A stretch of DNA of 64,000 nucleotides from Octopus sinensis (taxonomy: Eukaryota), in the NCBI RefSeq assembly GCF_006345805.1, contig NC_043023.1:558001-622000 (forward strand), read 5' to 3'. The translations under genes were made by a program, and so were the position numbers. Below are positions 24,920-38,227 of the stretch, piece after piece. Positions within the stretch are counted from its first letter, which is position 1, and each line of letters begins with the position of its first letter. The notes under the pieces were generated by a model. That model was not told the origin of the DNA and did no database searches. It saw only the letters and a list, made by a program, of their open reading frames with translations.

Positions 24920-25111
24920 GTATTCCCTTTCTTCCCCTCATCTTTTATGTAGCCTCAAACACAAACTGTAAACTATCCTCTCTGTAATGTCCTTATCCTT
25001 ATGCGCCTGTGGCAAAAATTATTATAATTATTATTATCATGATTGCTGTTGTTGTTATTGTTGTTGTTCTTCTTCTTGTTATTATTATTATTATTATCAT
25101 TATTATCATCA

Positions 25112-25169
<58 letters not shown>

Positions 25170-25684
25170 AGCTCACCCCACACCACACACACACACGGAG
25201 CTTTCCTTGTGACTAACATTATCGTCTCCTCTCGAAAACACTACATCAAACGAAGCAAGAAGCATTCCATTCCATTCCACTCCACATTATTTTCTACTTG
25301 ACATTTCCTGAAGAAAAAAAAACTGGAAAGCAAGCACAAACCAGAAGGGTGGAAGGACAGCTCGAAAAATCTTGCTGGCAGCAGACAATCTCCGTTATAC
25401 ATAAGAGTATTTGGTTGGCTGTTTTCGGATGGTTTGGACAGATTGGTGAATGAGTCGGTGGTGGTTGTTGAGGACGGAGTTATATATGGCGCTTTAAGTT
25501 GTTATTGTCATTAGAGGCATTATTGTTAATGGTGGTGGTGATGGTGGACTTCCGTCATCTCTGTGCATCCCACCAGAGATTAATAATACAACAGTGGTAA
25601 GAATGACCGCTGCATGATTGTTGTTGATGATGATGTTGATGTTCACATTGATTCTGCTTTTGTTATCAGTATTGTTACTGCTGG

Positions 25685-25955
25685 GTGTTGTTTAGCCCCA
25701 GGTCAGTCTTGATCCAGCAGAATTATGATCAAATATGGCCCAGCTGTGACCAATCCATGTTATATTCAGACATAGTGTATCTAGGACTACATTATTCAAT
25801 GTATAGCATAGTAGTTAATATCGATGGCTATGTTTGTTGTTGTTTAGTCTCTGGTCAGTCCTGATCCAACAGACATATAATCAAAGAGGCTCCAGCTGTG
25901 ACCATCCCATCTTTTATTCAGACATAGTGTATCTAGGACTACATTATCTAATGTG
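25685..25955 (-). repeat. Two units of the ~150 bp repeat
   Basis: GTGTATCTAGGACTACATT, reverse complement of the 30968 array unit. Confidence 0.8.
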
Positions 25956-26067
25956 GCTGTGTGGTAAGAAGCACATGGTTCAGGTTCAGTCCCGCTATGT
26001 GGGCCTTTGAGTGGATGGATTGGTAGGCAGAGAGTGAAAGAAGCCCATCGTACATAATATATATATA

Positions 26068-26122
<55 letters not shown>

Positions 26123-26150
26123 ATATATATATATGTATTATATATATATA

Positions 26151-26556
26151 GGCGCAGGAGCGACTGTGTGGTAAGTAGTTTGCTTACCAACCACATGGTT
26201 CCGGGTTTTGTCCCACTGCATGGCACCTTGGGCAAGTGTCTTCTACTATAGCCCCGGGCCGACCAAAGCCTTGCTAGTGGATTTGGTAGAAGGAAACTGA
26301 AAGAAGCCTGTCATATATATGTATATATATATGTGTGTGTGTATTTGTGTGTCTGTGTTTGTCTCCCCAACATCGCTTGACAACCGATGCTGGTGTGTTT
26401 ATGTCCCCGTAACTTAGCGGTTCGACAAAAGAGACAAATAGAATAAGTACTATGCTTACAGAGAATAAGTCCTGGGGTCGATAATCTCGACTATAGGCGG
26501 TGCTCCAGCATGGCTGCAGTCAAATGACTGAAACAAGTAAAAGAGTAAAGAGTAAA
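26151..26556 (+). mobile_element. SINE-A, full length
   Basis: Head to GAGTAAA tail. Confidence 0.92.
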
Positions 26557-26668
26557 CGAATATTATATATATATATATAAATTAGAAAAAACGACCTTTT
26601 ATTAGAAATTTGATTTAGTATTTCTAAATTGAATTTTTCCCTGTAAGTTTGGAATAATATTCCCTCAA

Positions 26669-26711
<43 letters not shown>

Positions 26712-26731
26712 TATATATTAAATATATATAT

Positions 26732-27102
26732 TCTCTCTCTATATAAACGGCAGTTTGTCTGTGCGTGTTTCTGTGTGTCTGTTTCTCGTACCCTCACTCT
26801 GACCACGGCTTTCAACCGATTCTGATGAAACTTGACACACACATAGCCCAATGTCATAATTCAAAACTGACGCAGCGAAAATTTTGAAAAGTTCCCCCAG
26901 TTCTGAAAAAAACCGAATAATTCGACATGGGGTCGAGAATCAGAAACACAAACCACAGACCGTCTAGGGGCGCAACTCCACCTTTTTAACTCTGGAAAAA
27001 AATTACCATCATTTTTTTTCTTTTTTTGGCTATAACTCTCTAAAAAATGCTTTATAGTTATTTCCCTTACAAACCTGAGCAAAACGCGGGCGATACTGCT
27101 AG
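26732..27102 (+). mobile_element. Non-autonomous Helitron
   Basis: 5' TC..TATATAAA start; subterminal hairpin CCTGAGCAAAACGCGGG; 3' CTAG followed by T. Confidence 0.75.
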
Positions 27103-27479
27103 TATATATATATAACGTATGTTGGTGTCGTTTCTGTTTGTGCTTGTCCCCCACCTCTACCTGACAACAGAGTTGTTTGTTTACATCTCTGTAACTTAAA
27201 AAAAGGACCAAGCTTTAAAAAGTAGTGGGGTCAATTTGACTACAAAATTTTAAGGCAGTGCTCCAGGATTGCCACAATCTAATCACTAAAACATAAAGAC
27301 ATAGCAATTAGTATTAGTGATTATAATCACTGTTTAACCCCAAGTCAGTCCTGATCCAGCAGACCTATAATCAAAGATGTTTCAACCGTGACTATGTGGG
27401 GGGGGGGGGTGGCATGTGTGTGTATATATATGTGCGTGTGTGTGTTTGTGTGGTCTGTGCTTATACGTGTATGTTTGTG

Positions 27480-27860
27480 TATGTGTGTGTTCTGTTCCTG
27501 TGTTCTTATATGTATGTGTGTATGTTTGTGTGTGTGTATGTGAATGCACGTGTGTGCGTTGTGTTTCTGTGTTCTTATATGTATGTGTGTATGTTTGTGT
27601 GTGTGTATGTGAATGCACGTGTGTGCGTTGTGTTTCTGTGTTCTTATATGTATGTGTGTATGTTTGTGTGTGTGTATGTGAATGCACGTGTGTGCGTTGT
27701 GTTTCTGTGTTCTTATATGTATGTGTGTATGTTTGTGTGTGTGTGCATGTGAATGCACGTGTGTGTGTATGTGTACTTGTGTGTATGTTTGTGTGTGTGT
27801 GCATGTGAATGCACGTGTGTGTGTATGTGTACTTGTGTGTATGTTTGTGCGTCTGTGTGT
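27480..27860. repeat. 69 bp minisatellite built from GT-rich simple repeat
   Basis: GAATGCACG recurs at 27542, 27611, 27680, 27751, 27807. Confidence 0.85.
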
Positions 27861-28852
27861 GTCAGGTTTTGCATGTCTGTATGGGTTGGTATATGTCTGT
27901 GCACATGTGCTCTGCAGTGTGCGCGTGTGTGTATAAATGTGTGTGTGTGTGCGTGTGTGCTTTGGTGTGTGTGTAGGATTTAGTTTTTGTATGTGTAACC
28001 AAGTTTTGGAGACATTTTCATCAGGCCCATAGCCATGACCTCTCCATCAGCATCGTCTGTCTGCCCATGCTGGAGTGCCTCTACCCTCCTTCTCTTCATT
28101 CTGCCAGAGTTCAAGCCCAAGGCTAAATGCATTCATTAAGTTAATGCGAACGTGATTGTTTATTCACGTATCATAGGTTTAAACTCCTTTACACTAACAC
28201 CAGAGCTACAACCCCACCACGCACTACCACCATCATTAGCATCACTACCATCACTACCGCCACCACCATCGTCACCAACACCACCACCGCCACCACCATC
28301 AGCATCATCACTACCACTACCACCACCACCACCACTACTACCACCACCATCACTACCACCACCACTACCACCACCATCACTACCACTACCACCACCACTA
28401 CTACTCCCTCCACCGCCACCATTGCCATCATCAGCACAACCACCACCACCACTACCACCACCACTACTACCACCACCATCACCACCACCATTGCGATCAT
28501 CACCCCCACTATCACCACGACCATCAACAACACCACCAACACCACTACCACTGCCACCACCACCATCATCACCACCACTACCACCACCACCACCACCACC
28601 ACCACCACTACCACCACCACCACCACCACCACCACTACCACCACCACCACTACCACACGTGAAACGCCACTCCACACCACTATGATGCCATTACAACTTC
28701 TACAATATTTTCCCTATCCTTTCTCAGTCCCCTAACCATTGCGCTTCCTCACTCACATGTGTAGACAGGTAACCTTGTCTATATATGTTCTCTGAATATG
28801 TGTGTGTGTGTGTGTGTGCATCTACCTAGCTAGCTATTTAACTATCTACATA

Positions 28853-28912
28853 TACAAGGGGTGGACAAAATAATGGAAGCACCTAGTATTATAACATCAT
28901 AATTTTGAAATT
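28853..28912 (+). mobile_element. Tc1-like TIR fragment
   Basis: TACAAGGGGTGGACAAAATAATGGAAGCACC; ends at the LINE tail. Confidence 0.55.
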
Positions 28913-29395
28913 TTTTTTTCTTTTCTTTCTAGTTTCAGCTCAGAGTTGTGGCTATGCTGGAGCACTGCCGTTTTGCTATACTGTTATTACTAAGAGCCTC
29001 CTCTAATATGTGACACTTGGTGAAGATTGGAGTTTGATATAGCTACCCTCATTTGTATCTCTTGCCGTGAGGTAGGTTCATCTGGGACTCTCGACAGGAA
29101 GAGGTCCAGCTTTGATTTAAAAACCCCTATATCTACTTTGTGCAAGTTCCTCAGACTCTTTGGGAGAATATTAAAAAGCTGTCGGCCCTTGAAACCCAGG
29201 CTGTTGCAGTAGCTGGTCTTGAAGCGTGATGGCATTGCTGGGATCTTTGGCACTAAGCAGTGTTGTCCCGTTCTAGCATTGGTGTAGCTTTCAATGCCAA
29301 AATTTCGCACAATTCCTTCGAGAATCTTCCGGATATATATTTCTGCATACCTCTCCCGTCTTCTCTCCAGTGAGTAGAGTCTTAGCTGTTTCAAC
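28913..29395 (-). mobile_element. CR1-group LINE 3' end (ORF2 C-terminus and 3' UTR)
   Basis: LRLYSLERRRERY..KILEG..GRQLFNILPKSLR..FKSKLDLFLSRVPDEP, typical CR1/L2-group post-RT region. Confidence 0.85.
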
Positions 29396-29529
29396 CTTTC
29401 TATAAAACCATCACAAGCTTGTTTATTTTTATGTTTTTTTCATTTATTATTAGTGTTTCTTAATACGTTTTGCTAAATATATCGCACCTGTTTCAAACCT
29501 CTTACCTACTTCACAATTGCATTTCTAGC

Positions 29530-29715
29530 TCTGCCTTGAAGGAAGCTTTATTTCTTGGACTCACGTTTTTGTGCACAACGAATGTTGTTAACCCTCTGTA
29601 TGCAGGTCCTTTTCATTTTCTTTCATGCACAGGTAGGTTTTTCACTATAGACCTTATGGTTGTAAAGACACTATATCAGTGGATAGACTAAAAAAGGCCT
29701 TCATAGAGAAAACTG
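29530..29715 (+). mobile_element. Gypsy/Ty3 integrase C-terminal remnant
   Basis: Frameshifted WTHVFVHN..PLYAGPFHFLSCTGRFFTIDL-GCKDTISVDRLKKAFIE, resembling the Gypsy GPF...IDRLK region. Confidence 0.7.
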
Positions 29716-29995
29716 TCCCTGTTCCCACTGCAGACAACACACACACAGCAGTACACAGCCCAAATACCCACCATCACATTCCATGACTACCATTGGGATC
29801 GATCAGGTACCGGACAAGGATTCTGGATTATTTTTCCGGATATTTTACTTAATTTTTGAGAGTGGTTGGGTTCATTTTTAGTATTCTCGTTTGTGAGAGC
29901 AGTCGAGTTTATTTCAGATATTCTCATTTTAAAAATCATCTCCAGATAATTATTGAGATGATGTTGGTGTTCCCTTGTTGTTGTTATTGTTGTTG

Positions 29996-30045
<50 letters not shown>

Positions 30046-30967
30046 TCTTAAAGTACTAGTAAAAGTAGTGGTAGGAGGAGGAGTTGTTGTTTTAGTAATA
30101 GTAGCATTGTTAGTTATAGTGATAGTAAGTGTTGTTGTTGTTGGTGGTGGTGGTGCTGGTGGTATCGTTTGCAAAATGGTTGACTTAACACAATCTGAAG
30201 AAATTCCTCACTGAAGTTATCGCTTTCCATTCCAAACCGATTGTTCCTTGGTATCGCTATCACTGTCCTACCAACGGTGGCACCATCACCACCACCACCA
30301 TCATCACCACCACCACTACCAACTCCATCACCACTAACACCACAACAATTGCCAGTACCACTGGCAATGCCCCTAACTACAAAGGACATTATCATAACTA
30401 CCACCACAACCACAACCATCACCACCGTAACCACCACCACTACCACCACCTCTACCAACATTCATCACCACCACCACTACAACCACCACCATCACCAGCA
30501 CCACCACCACCATCAGCACCATCAGCACCACCATCCTTGGTATCGCTATCACTGTCCTATCAACAGTGGCACCACCATATCCACCACCACCACCACCACA
30601 CCACCACCACCACCACCACCACCACCACACCACCACCACCACAACCATCACCATAACCATCACCATTACCACCATAAGCATCACCAATGCCACAACTATC
30701 ATCATCAGCACCATCACCATCAACACCATCACCACCACCATCACCACCACCACTATAAGCATCACCACTACCATCATCATCACCACCACAACCATCACCA
30801 TCACCATAACCACCACCATCCATGCCAACTAAACTAGAACCAAGTCCACCTCCACCACTACCACTACTATCTCCACTACCGTTTATACCATAGCCTGTAC
30901 AAGCATCACTAACCACCAAGGGGCCACCATCAACCCTACAACCAGCACCTCACTCTGTCAACACCAT

Positions 30968-32356
30968 CACATCTTTGATCATAGGTCCATGGGATCAGGA
31001 CTGACCTGGGGCTAAACAACAAAAACAAAAACCATAACCACTAATTACAATACTATACATTAGATAATGTAGTCCTAGATACACTATGCCTGAATAAAAG
31101 ATGGGATGGTCACAGCTGGAGCAGCTTTAATCATAGATCTGCTGACCTGGGGCTGAACAACAATAACAACTACAACCACCAATACTAATCATTATACTAC
31201 ACATTGAATAGTATAGTCCTAGATACACTATGGCTGAATGATAGATGGGATAGTCATAGCTGGGACATCTTTGATCATAGGTCTGCTGGATCAGCACTGA
31301 CCTGGGGTTAAACAATAACAACAGCTGTAGCCACTAACGCTAACCACTACACATTAGATAATGTAATCCTAGATACATCATGTCTGAATGATAGATGGGA
31401 TGGTCACATCTGGAACATTTTTGATCATTGGTCTGTTGGATCATGATTGACCAGGGGTTAAGCAATGACCACAAATATCACTAATGCTAACTGATACATT
31501 ATACATGAGATTAAGTAGTCCTAGATACACTATGCCTGAATAAAAGACGGGATGGTCACAGCTGGAGCAACTTTGATCATAGTTCTGTGTGGACAGGACT
31601 CACCTGGGGCCACACAGCAACAATTATAACCACTAATACTAACTACTTATATTGTACACTAAATAATGTAGTCCTAGATACACTATGCCTGAATAAAGAT
31701 GAGATGGTCACAACTGGAATATCATAGCTCTGTGTGGACAGGACTGACCTGGGGCTAAACATCTGCAACTATAGCCACTGATACGAACTATTATACTTTA
31801 CATTAGGTAATGTAGTCCTACATACACTAAGCCTGAATAAAAGATGGGATGGTCACAGGTGGAGCAACTTTGATCATAGGTCTGTATGGACAGGACTGAC
31901 CTGGGGCTAAACAGCAACAATTATAGCCAATTATACTAACTACTTATATTGTACACTAAATAATGTAGTCCTAGATGCACTATACCTGAATAAAAGACGG
32001 AATGGTCACAGCTGGAATATCATTATATGTTAGATCAGGACTGACCTAGGGCTAAACATCTGCAACTATAGCCTCTGATATTAACTACTATATTATACAT
32101 TAGATAATGTAGTCCTAGATACACTATGTCAGAATAAAAGAAGGGATGGCCACAGCTGGACCATCGTTGATCATAGTTCTACTGGATCAGGACTGACCTG
32201 GGGCTAAATAACAATAGCCTTAAATATTAACTACTATACATTAGATAATGTAGTCCTAGATACACTATGTCAGAATAAAAGATGGGGTGGTCATGGTTGG
32301 AACATCTTTGATCGTTTGGTCTGCTGGATTAAGACTAACCAGGGGCTAAACAACAG
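30968..32356 (+). repeat. Tandem array of ~141-153 bp units (9 anchors)
   Basis: GTCCTAGATACAC-type anchors at 31072, 31216, 31366, 31518, 31671, 31815, 31968, 32112, 32253. Confidence 0.92.
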
Positions 32357-32806
32357 CGGATAACCCAGGATGCCTCTACATGGTTACTTGTTCTTACAGA
32401 AATAGCAGCCAAATGACCTTCAGAATCACACAGCAACTTTCTTAAATGAAGCAAGACGGATTGGATAGTACAGCCGCTGGAATGGTCATGGCTGGAACGC
32501 TGTGAATGGAAAGAACAACTCCTGTGGGACTAACGGCAACAACTGCAATAACTTCTACAATCACCACTGCAACTGCAACCGCTACTGTTACAAGTAACAC
32601 AACTATCTATAAAACTACTACCAGTACTACTACCACCACCACAACCACTGGTACTACGTCATGCTGCCACTGCTGCCTATACTGTTACATAAGCCACGTA
32701 TTAATCAGTGGTTACTACTACCACATATACATTATATGCCATACAGTGTCGTCACTACCACTCACCTAATGGTACCTGCCAATTACATTTACTACCGCCT
32801 CTACTG

Positions 32807-32846
<40 letters not shown>

Positions 32847-33548
32847 AATAACTACTACTACTACTACAAATACTACTACTACCACCACCTGTACCATTTC
32901 ACCACTAGCACAGCAACAACGGCCCAACCACATCATCACTACCACCAGTACTACATCTAATACAGTACAATTACCTGTACCACCACCACCGCCACCATCA
33001 CCACCACCACCACCACCACTACTACTACTACTACAAAGATTACACAACCACAACACCACTATTTCAACCACCACCACCACCACCACCACAAATATTTCAT
33101 GACCACTACTACTTCAACTACTACTACTTCTACAGCAACTAGTACTACTACTACAACCACCACCACCACCACCACCACTACTACTACTACTACTAGTAGT
33201 TTGACCAGAGATGTCACTTCAACAACAAAACTACCACCACCACAACCACCACCATCACCAACATCATTCCACTAAAGTCACCACCACCACAACCACCACC
33301 ACCACCACCACCATAGCTATCCACCACCACCACCACCATCGCTACCCACCACCGCCACCACCCTCGGCACCACCACCGCTGCCCCTCCTCGATATGTCTT
33401 TTGATCATTCAGCGTTTTAATTAATCATTTCCGCGTATCTTTTCCAGGGATTCACGTTCAACCTCTCCATAAACCCCGCCTCCTCCCCCACCCTCATTCC
33501 ATCGCCCCCACCCTAACTCTACCGACGTGCCCACACTCTACTCCGAAC

Positions 33549-33582
<34 letters not shown>

Positions 33583-33647
33583 CTACATAGACACACACAA
33601 TACAATCATATACACACACCTCTCTCAAATCATTTAAGTCACAATAT

Positions 33648-34995
33648 AACACCAACGAAGGAAATCTCTACATGGTAGCCAGATCTGCTAGAAACAGCAG
33701 CCAAATCAACCTCAAATCCAACCTACAAACGTATGTATATATGTATGCATGTATGAGCCAATGAAGGAGACCTCTACATGGTAGCTAGACCTGGTAGAAA
33801 TAGCAGCAAAATCACCCTCAAATCCCACCTACATACGTATGTATATATGTATGCATGTATGAGCCAATGAAGGAGACCTCTACATGGTAGCTAGACCTGG
33901 TAGAAATAGCAGCAAAATCACCCTCAAATCCACCTACATATGTATGTATATTGTATGCATGTATGAGCCAATGAAGGAGACCTCTACATGGTAGCTAGAC
34001 CTGGTAGAAATAGCAGCAAAATCACCCTCAAATCCCACCTACATATGTATGTATATATGTATGCATGTATGAGCCAATGAAGGAGACCTCTACATGGTAG
34101 CTAGACCTGGTAGAAATAGCAGCAAAATCACCCTCAAATCCCACCTACATACGTATGTATATATGTATGCATGTATGAGCCAATGAAGGAGACCTCTACA
34201 TGGTAGCTAGACCTGGTAGAAATAGCAGCAAAATCACCCTCAAATCCCACCTACATACGTATGTATATATGTATGCATGTATGAGCCAATGAAGGAGACC
34301 TCTATATGGTAGCTAGACCTGGTAGAAATAGCAGCAAAATCACCCTCAAATCCCACCTACATACGTATGTATATATGTATGCATGTATGAGCCAATGAAG
34401 GAGACCTCTATATGGTAGCTAGACCCGGTAGAAATAGCAGCAAAATCACCCTCAAATCCCACCTACATACTATGTATATATGTATGCATGTATCAGCCAA
34501 TGAAGGAGACCTCTACATGGTAGCTAGACCTGGTAGAAATAGCAGCAAAATCAACCTCAAATCCCACCTACGTAGGTATGTATATATATGTATGCATGTA
34601 TGAGCCAATGAAGGAGACCTCTACATGGTAGCTAGACCTGGTAGAAATAGCAGCAAAATCAACCTCAAATCCCACCTACGTACGTATGTATATATGTATG
34701 CATGTATGAGCCAATGAAGGAGACCTCTACATGGTAGCTAGACCTGGTAGAAATAGCAGCAAAATCAACCTCAAATCCCACCTACGTACGTATGTATATA
34801 TGTATGCATGTATGAGCCAATGAAGGAGACCTCTACATGGTAGCTAGACCTGGTAGAAATAGCAGCAAAATCACCCACAAATCCCACCTACATACGTATG
34901 TATATATGTATGCATGTATGAGCCAATGAAGGAGACCTCTACATGGTAGCTAGACCTGGTAGAAATAGCAGCCAAATCTCCCTCAAATCCCACCT
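33648..34995 (+). repeat. 106 bp tandem array (12 homogeneous units plus a diverged first unit)
   Basis: ATGAGCCAATGAAGGAGACC at 33753, 33859, 33963, 34069, 34175, 34281, 34387, 34492, 34600, 34706, 34812, 34918. Confidence 0.95.
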
Positions 34996-35009
34996 ATTGT
35001 CTTATGTAT

Positions 35010-35207
35010 GGCTGAGCCTGTGTGGTAAGAAGCTTGCCTCCCTAACCTCATGGTTCCGGGTTCAGTCCCACTGCATGGCAACTTGGGCAAGTGTCTTCTA
35101 CTATAGTCTCTAGTTAACCAAAGCTTTGTGAATGAATTTGATTGACGGAAACTGTGGGAGGCCTGTCTCACACACACACACACACACACACCACACACAC
35201 ATATATA

Positions 35208-35263
<56 letters not shown>

Positions 35264-35855
35264 CTCTTTACTCTTTTACTCTTTTACTTGTTTCAGTCAT
35301 TTGACTGTGGCCATGCTGGAGCACTACCTTTAGTCGAGCAAATTGACCCCCAGGACTTATTCTTTGTAAGCCTAGTACTTATTCTATGGGTTCTTTTTGC
35401 CGAACCGCTAAGTGACGGGGACGTAAACACACCAGCATCAGTTGTCAAGCAATGCTAGGGGGACAAACACAGACAAACAAACACACACACACACACACAT
35501 ATATATATACATATATACGACAGGCTTCTTTCAGTTTCCGTCTACCAAATCCACTCACAAGGCTTTAAAAATGTGGCTTGGTGCTTAGGTTATTCGACTC
35601 ACGAATCATGAGTTCGATTCTCGAAAGTCCGTGCTCCAGTCTGCTTCGCCAGCAAAAATATGGAGTGCCTGTACTTCAAAGGGGCCAGCCTTGTCCCACT
35701 CTGTGTCACACTGAATTTCCCCGTGAACTACGTTAAGGGACCATGTGTCTGTGGGGTTGATCGGATCAACTGGACCTGTGTGACAAATGAGCCAACGAAG
35801 AAGACCTCTACATGGTTGCTAGACTAGCTAGAAACAACAGCTAAATCTCCCTTAT
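35010..35855. mobile_element. SINE cluster: SINE-A head (+), truncated SINE-A (-), degraded SINE-C (+) running into module X
   Basis: Family matches. Confidence 0.75.
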
Positions 35856-36501
35856 CTGTCGAATGCATTTCTCATCTTATGACTTATAAAAACTGTAATG
35901 GACGCGTGGACTACGTTTGGTGAGTGGAAGGAGGAGGAGGATTGACGTGAGGGAAGTAGCTAAGTGGTAGAGGCATGGTAAGACGCATTCTGCTGTTCAT
36001 CACATACACACACACACACACATACAGAGTCACACACACACATACACACACATACACACACAGTCATACACTCTCGCACAGGTTTACGTGAGCACAACTT
36101 CTCACTCTTTTTCCGTCTTTGTCTTTCATATGCTTTCACTCTCGTCTCTTAGCCCTCTCTTTCTCTCTCCCTCTCTCTCTCTCTCTTTCTTTCTTCCTTT
36201 CTTCGTCTCCGCCCACACTTCCACACACACACATATGGGTATTTAACTAACACTGTTTAAACCGGAACGATCCGGAAACAACCGAAGCATTCCTTTTCCA
36301 TTTATGAGCAGACGTAATGAAGTACGGCTTGTTAATTGCTTAAAATCTTTCCACGAAGAAGACGTGTAAAGCCAACATCGAAGGTGAGGTACCTTATTAA
36401 ATTCAATGAAAAATATTCATTTCTGTTTTTAGTACTTATTAATGTAGAATGACAGGCTTCTAAGGAGGAAATGGGTCTTGTTCAACCGCAAAGTGTTTGG
36501 T

Positions 36502-36921
36502 GGGTTCTTTTAATTTGAACGGCAGTTTTTTTAAATAATTTCCACGTAACTAAACACTTTTAAACTTCGTATACTGGTAGAATGTGTTTATAAAACATCG
36601 TTTTTCTCTTGGCTTTATTGAGAAAATTCTATAGTTTGTAAGAGACTTGTTGCTTTTTTTCTTCAATTTCTGCAATTTCAACCAATGACAACTATTGAAG
36701 TGAAAACATTCTGTGCTGTATGAATATGTCCCTCGTTTAAGAAACAGATTGGGTTTATTTACATTTGTGAAGAAAATAAAGATACCCTTCCCCCCACCCC
36801 TAAACCTAACCCTAATCCTAAAACAGATAGAAATGCAATAGATCGATACTAGGGTCATAATAATGGGTGACAATTTCATATGACACCGCTAGAAAAACTG
36901 CCATTCAAACCGAAATGATCC
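36502..36921. mobile_element. MITE with ~17 bp TIRs and internal CCCTAA-like repeats
   Basis: TTTGAACGGCAGTTTTT (36514) vs AAAAACTGCCATTCAAA (ends 36909); interrupts a degenerate ~100 bp direct repeat (36390-36485 / 36995-37092). Confidence 0.75.
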
Positions 36922-37596
36922 GTTTGGTGTTATAATAGTCAGTCGCGGTTCCGTTCGCGTAGAAGCTACTTAACGTTTAAACTGCAGGCAAAGTAGCTTA
37001 TTAAATTCATTGAAAAATATTCATTTCTGTTTTTTAGTACTTATAAAGCTATAAAGACAAATTTTTAAGGAGGAAATTGGTATTATTCAAACCCTTATCG
37101 ATCACCGTCTACTTCACGAGAAGCCATCGAAAGTTTAAACAGAAGCTAAAGTAGCTTATCAAATTCATTGAGAAATATTGAACAAAATCATATTAGCTTA
37201 TATCTCTTCTATAAAGTCATGGTTGATGGTAACTGCGGGCTCAGAACTGTGTCACTCTTGCTCAAAAACAGCATAAATAACAGAACTCTTCGAGAATATC
37301 CCGTACAGCACACATTTGCAATAATGTCTTGTGTTATTCAGGCAGTTATTTTAACTGGTTGTTTTATGGGAGGAGAGGTTTATTTTCAAACTACCCTTGA
37401 CTCTGTCTGACAGAAATTTCTTTCGTATTCAAAAGGCTACAATTTCCAATAGAATTTAGTTTTTGCTTCGTCTTTAAATCTCAGGAACAAATTTTATCTG
37501 TTGCTGAGGTATAACTGGAAGAACATTATTTCTTCTATGGGCAACAGCATGTAGTATGGACAAGAGTTGCAAGTCCACAAAGTTTATATATATATG

Positions 37597-37645
<49 letters not shown>

Positions 37646-37669
37646 GTATATATATATGTGTGTGTGTGT

Positions 37670-37703
<34 letters not shown>

Positions 37704-37707
<4 letters not shown>

Positions 37708-38089
37708 TATACTAGCCATATCAATATGGCTAACCACTAAGGGTGGGTGTTACTGTAGCTTGTAGCCCCAGGAGATCATCGTCTCCAGCTGGCTTTAGGC
37801 ACACTTTCTGTGCCCTTATGGTATTTGCAAAAGGAGGTCACCCTTCCCTCGTCAACCTAAGTGATACGCACGGACTGCAGTTTCTAGGTTTTGACCTGTC
37901 CTCAGCGTACGACAATCACCAGTTTTCGATGAAGGGAGGTCGCAATGCAAATTCTTCTCCCTTTGCAAATACCATAAGGGCACAGAAAGTGTGCCTAAAG
38001 CCAGCTGGAGACGATGATCTCCTGGGGCTACAAGCTACAGTAACACCCACCCTTAGTGGTTAGACATATTGAGATGGCAAGTATACCTC
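37704..38089. mobile_element. Fold-back MITE with ~130 bp TIRs
   Basis: 37704-37836 is a near-perfect reverse complement of 37957-38089. Confidence 0.9.
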
Positions 38090-38145
38090 ACATTGTCGTG
38101 CAGTTACTGTTTACTGTTTATATCTCGTTCAGAGATTTATTATTG

Positions 38146-38184
<39 letters not shown>

Positions 38185-38227
38185 ACATATGCTCCTTCTA
38201 GAAAAAAAACGTAATATAGTTTATAAG

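Noticed and set aside
30968-32356. Ribozyme in the ~150 bp or 106 bp tandem units
   Set aside because: Checked for CTGANGA/GAAA on both strands by eye and found none; only a short imperfect hairpin around CATTAGATAATG.
33648-34995. CRISPR-like appearance of the 106 bp array
   Set aside because: No unique spacers, no cas genes, eukaryotic context; plain tandem repeat.
36797-36820. Interstitial telomere
   Set aside because: Only 3-4 imperfect units, inside a MITE.
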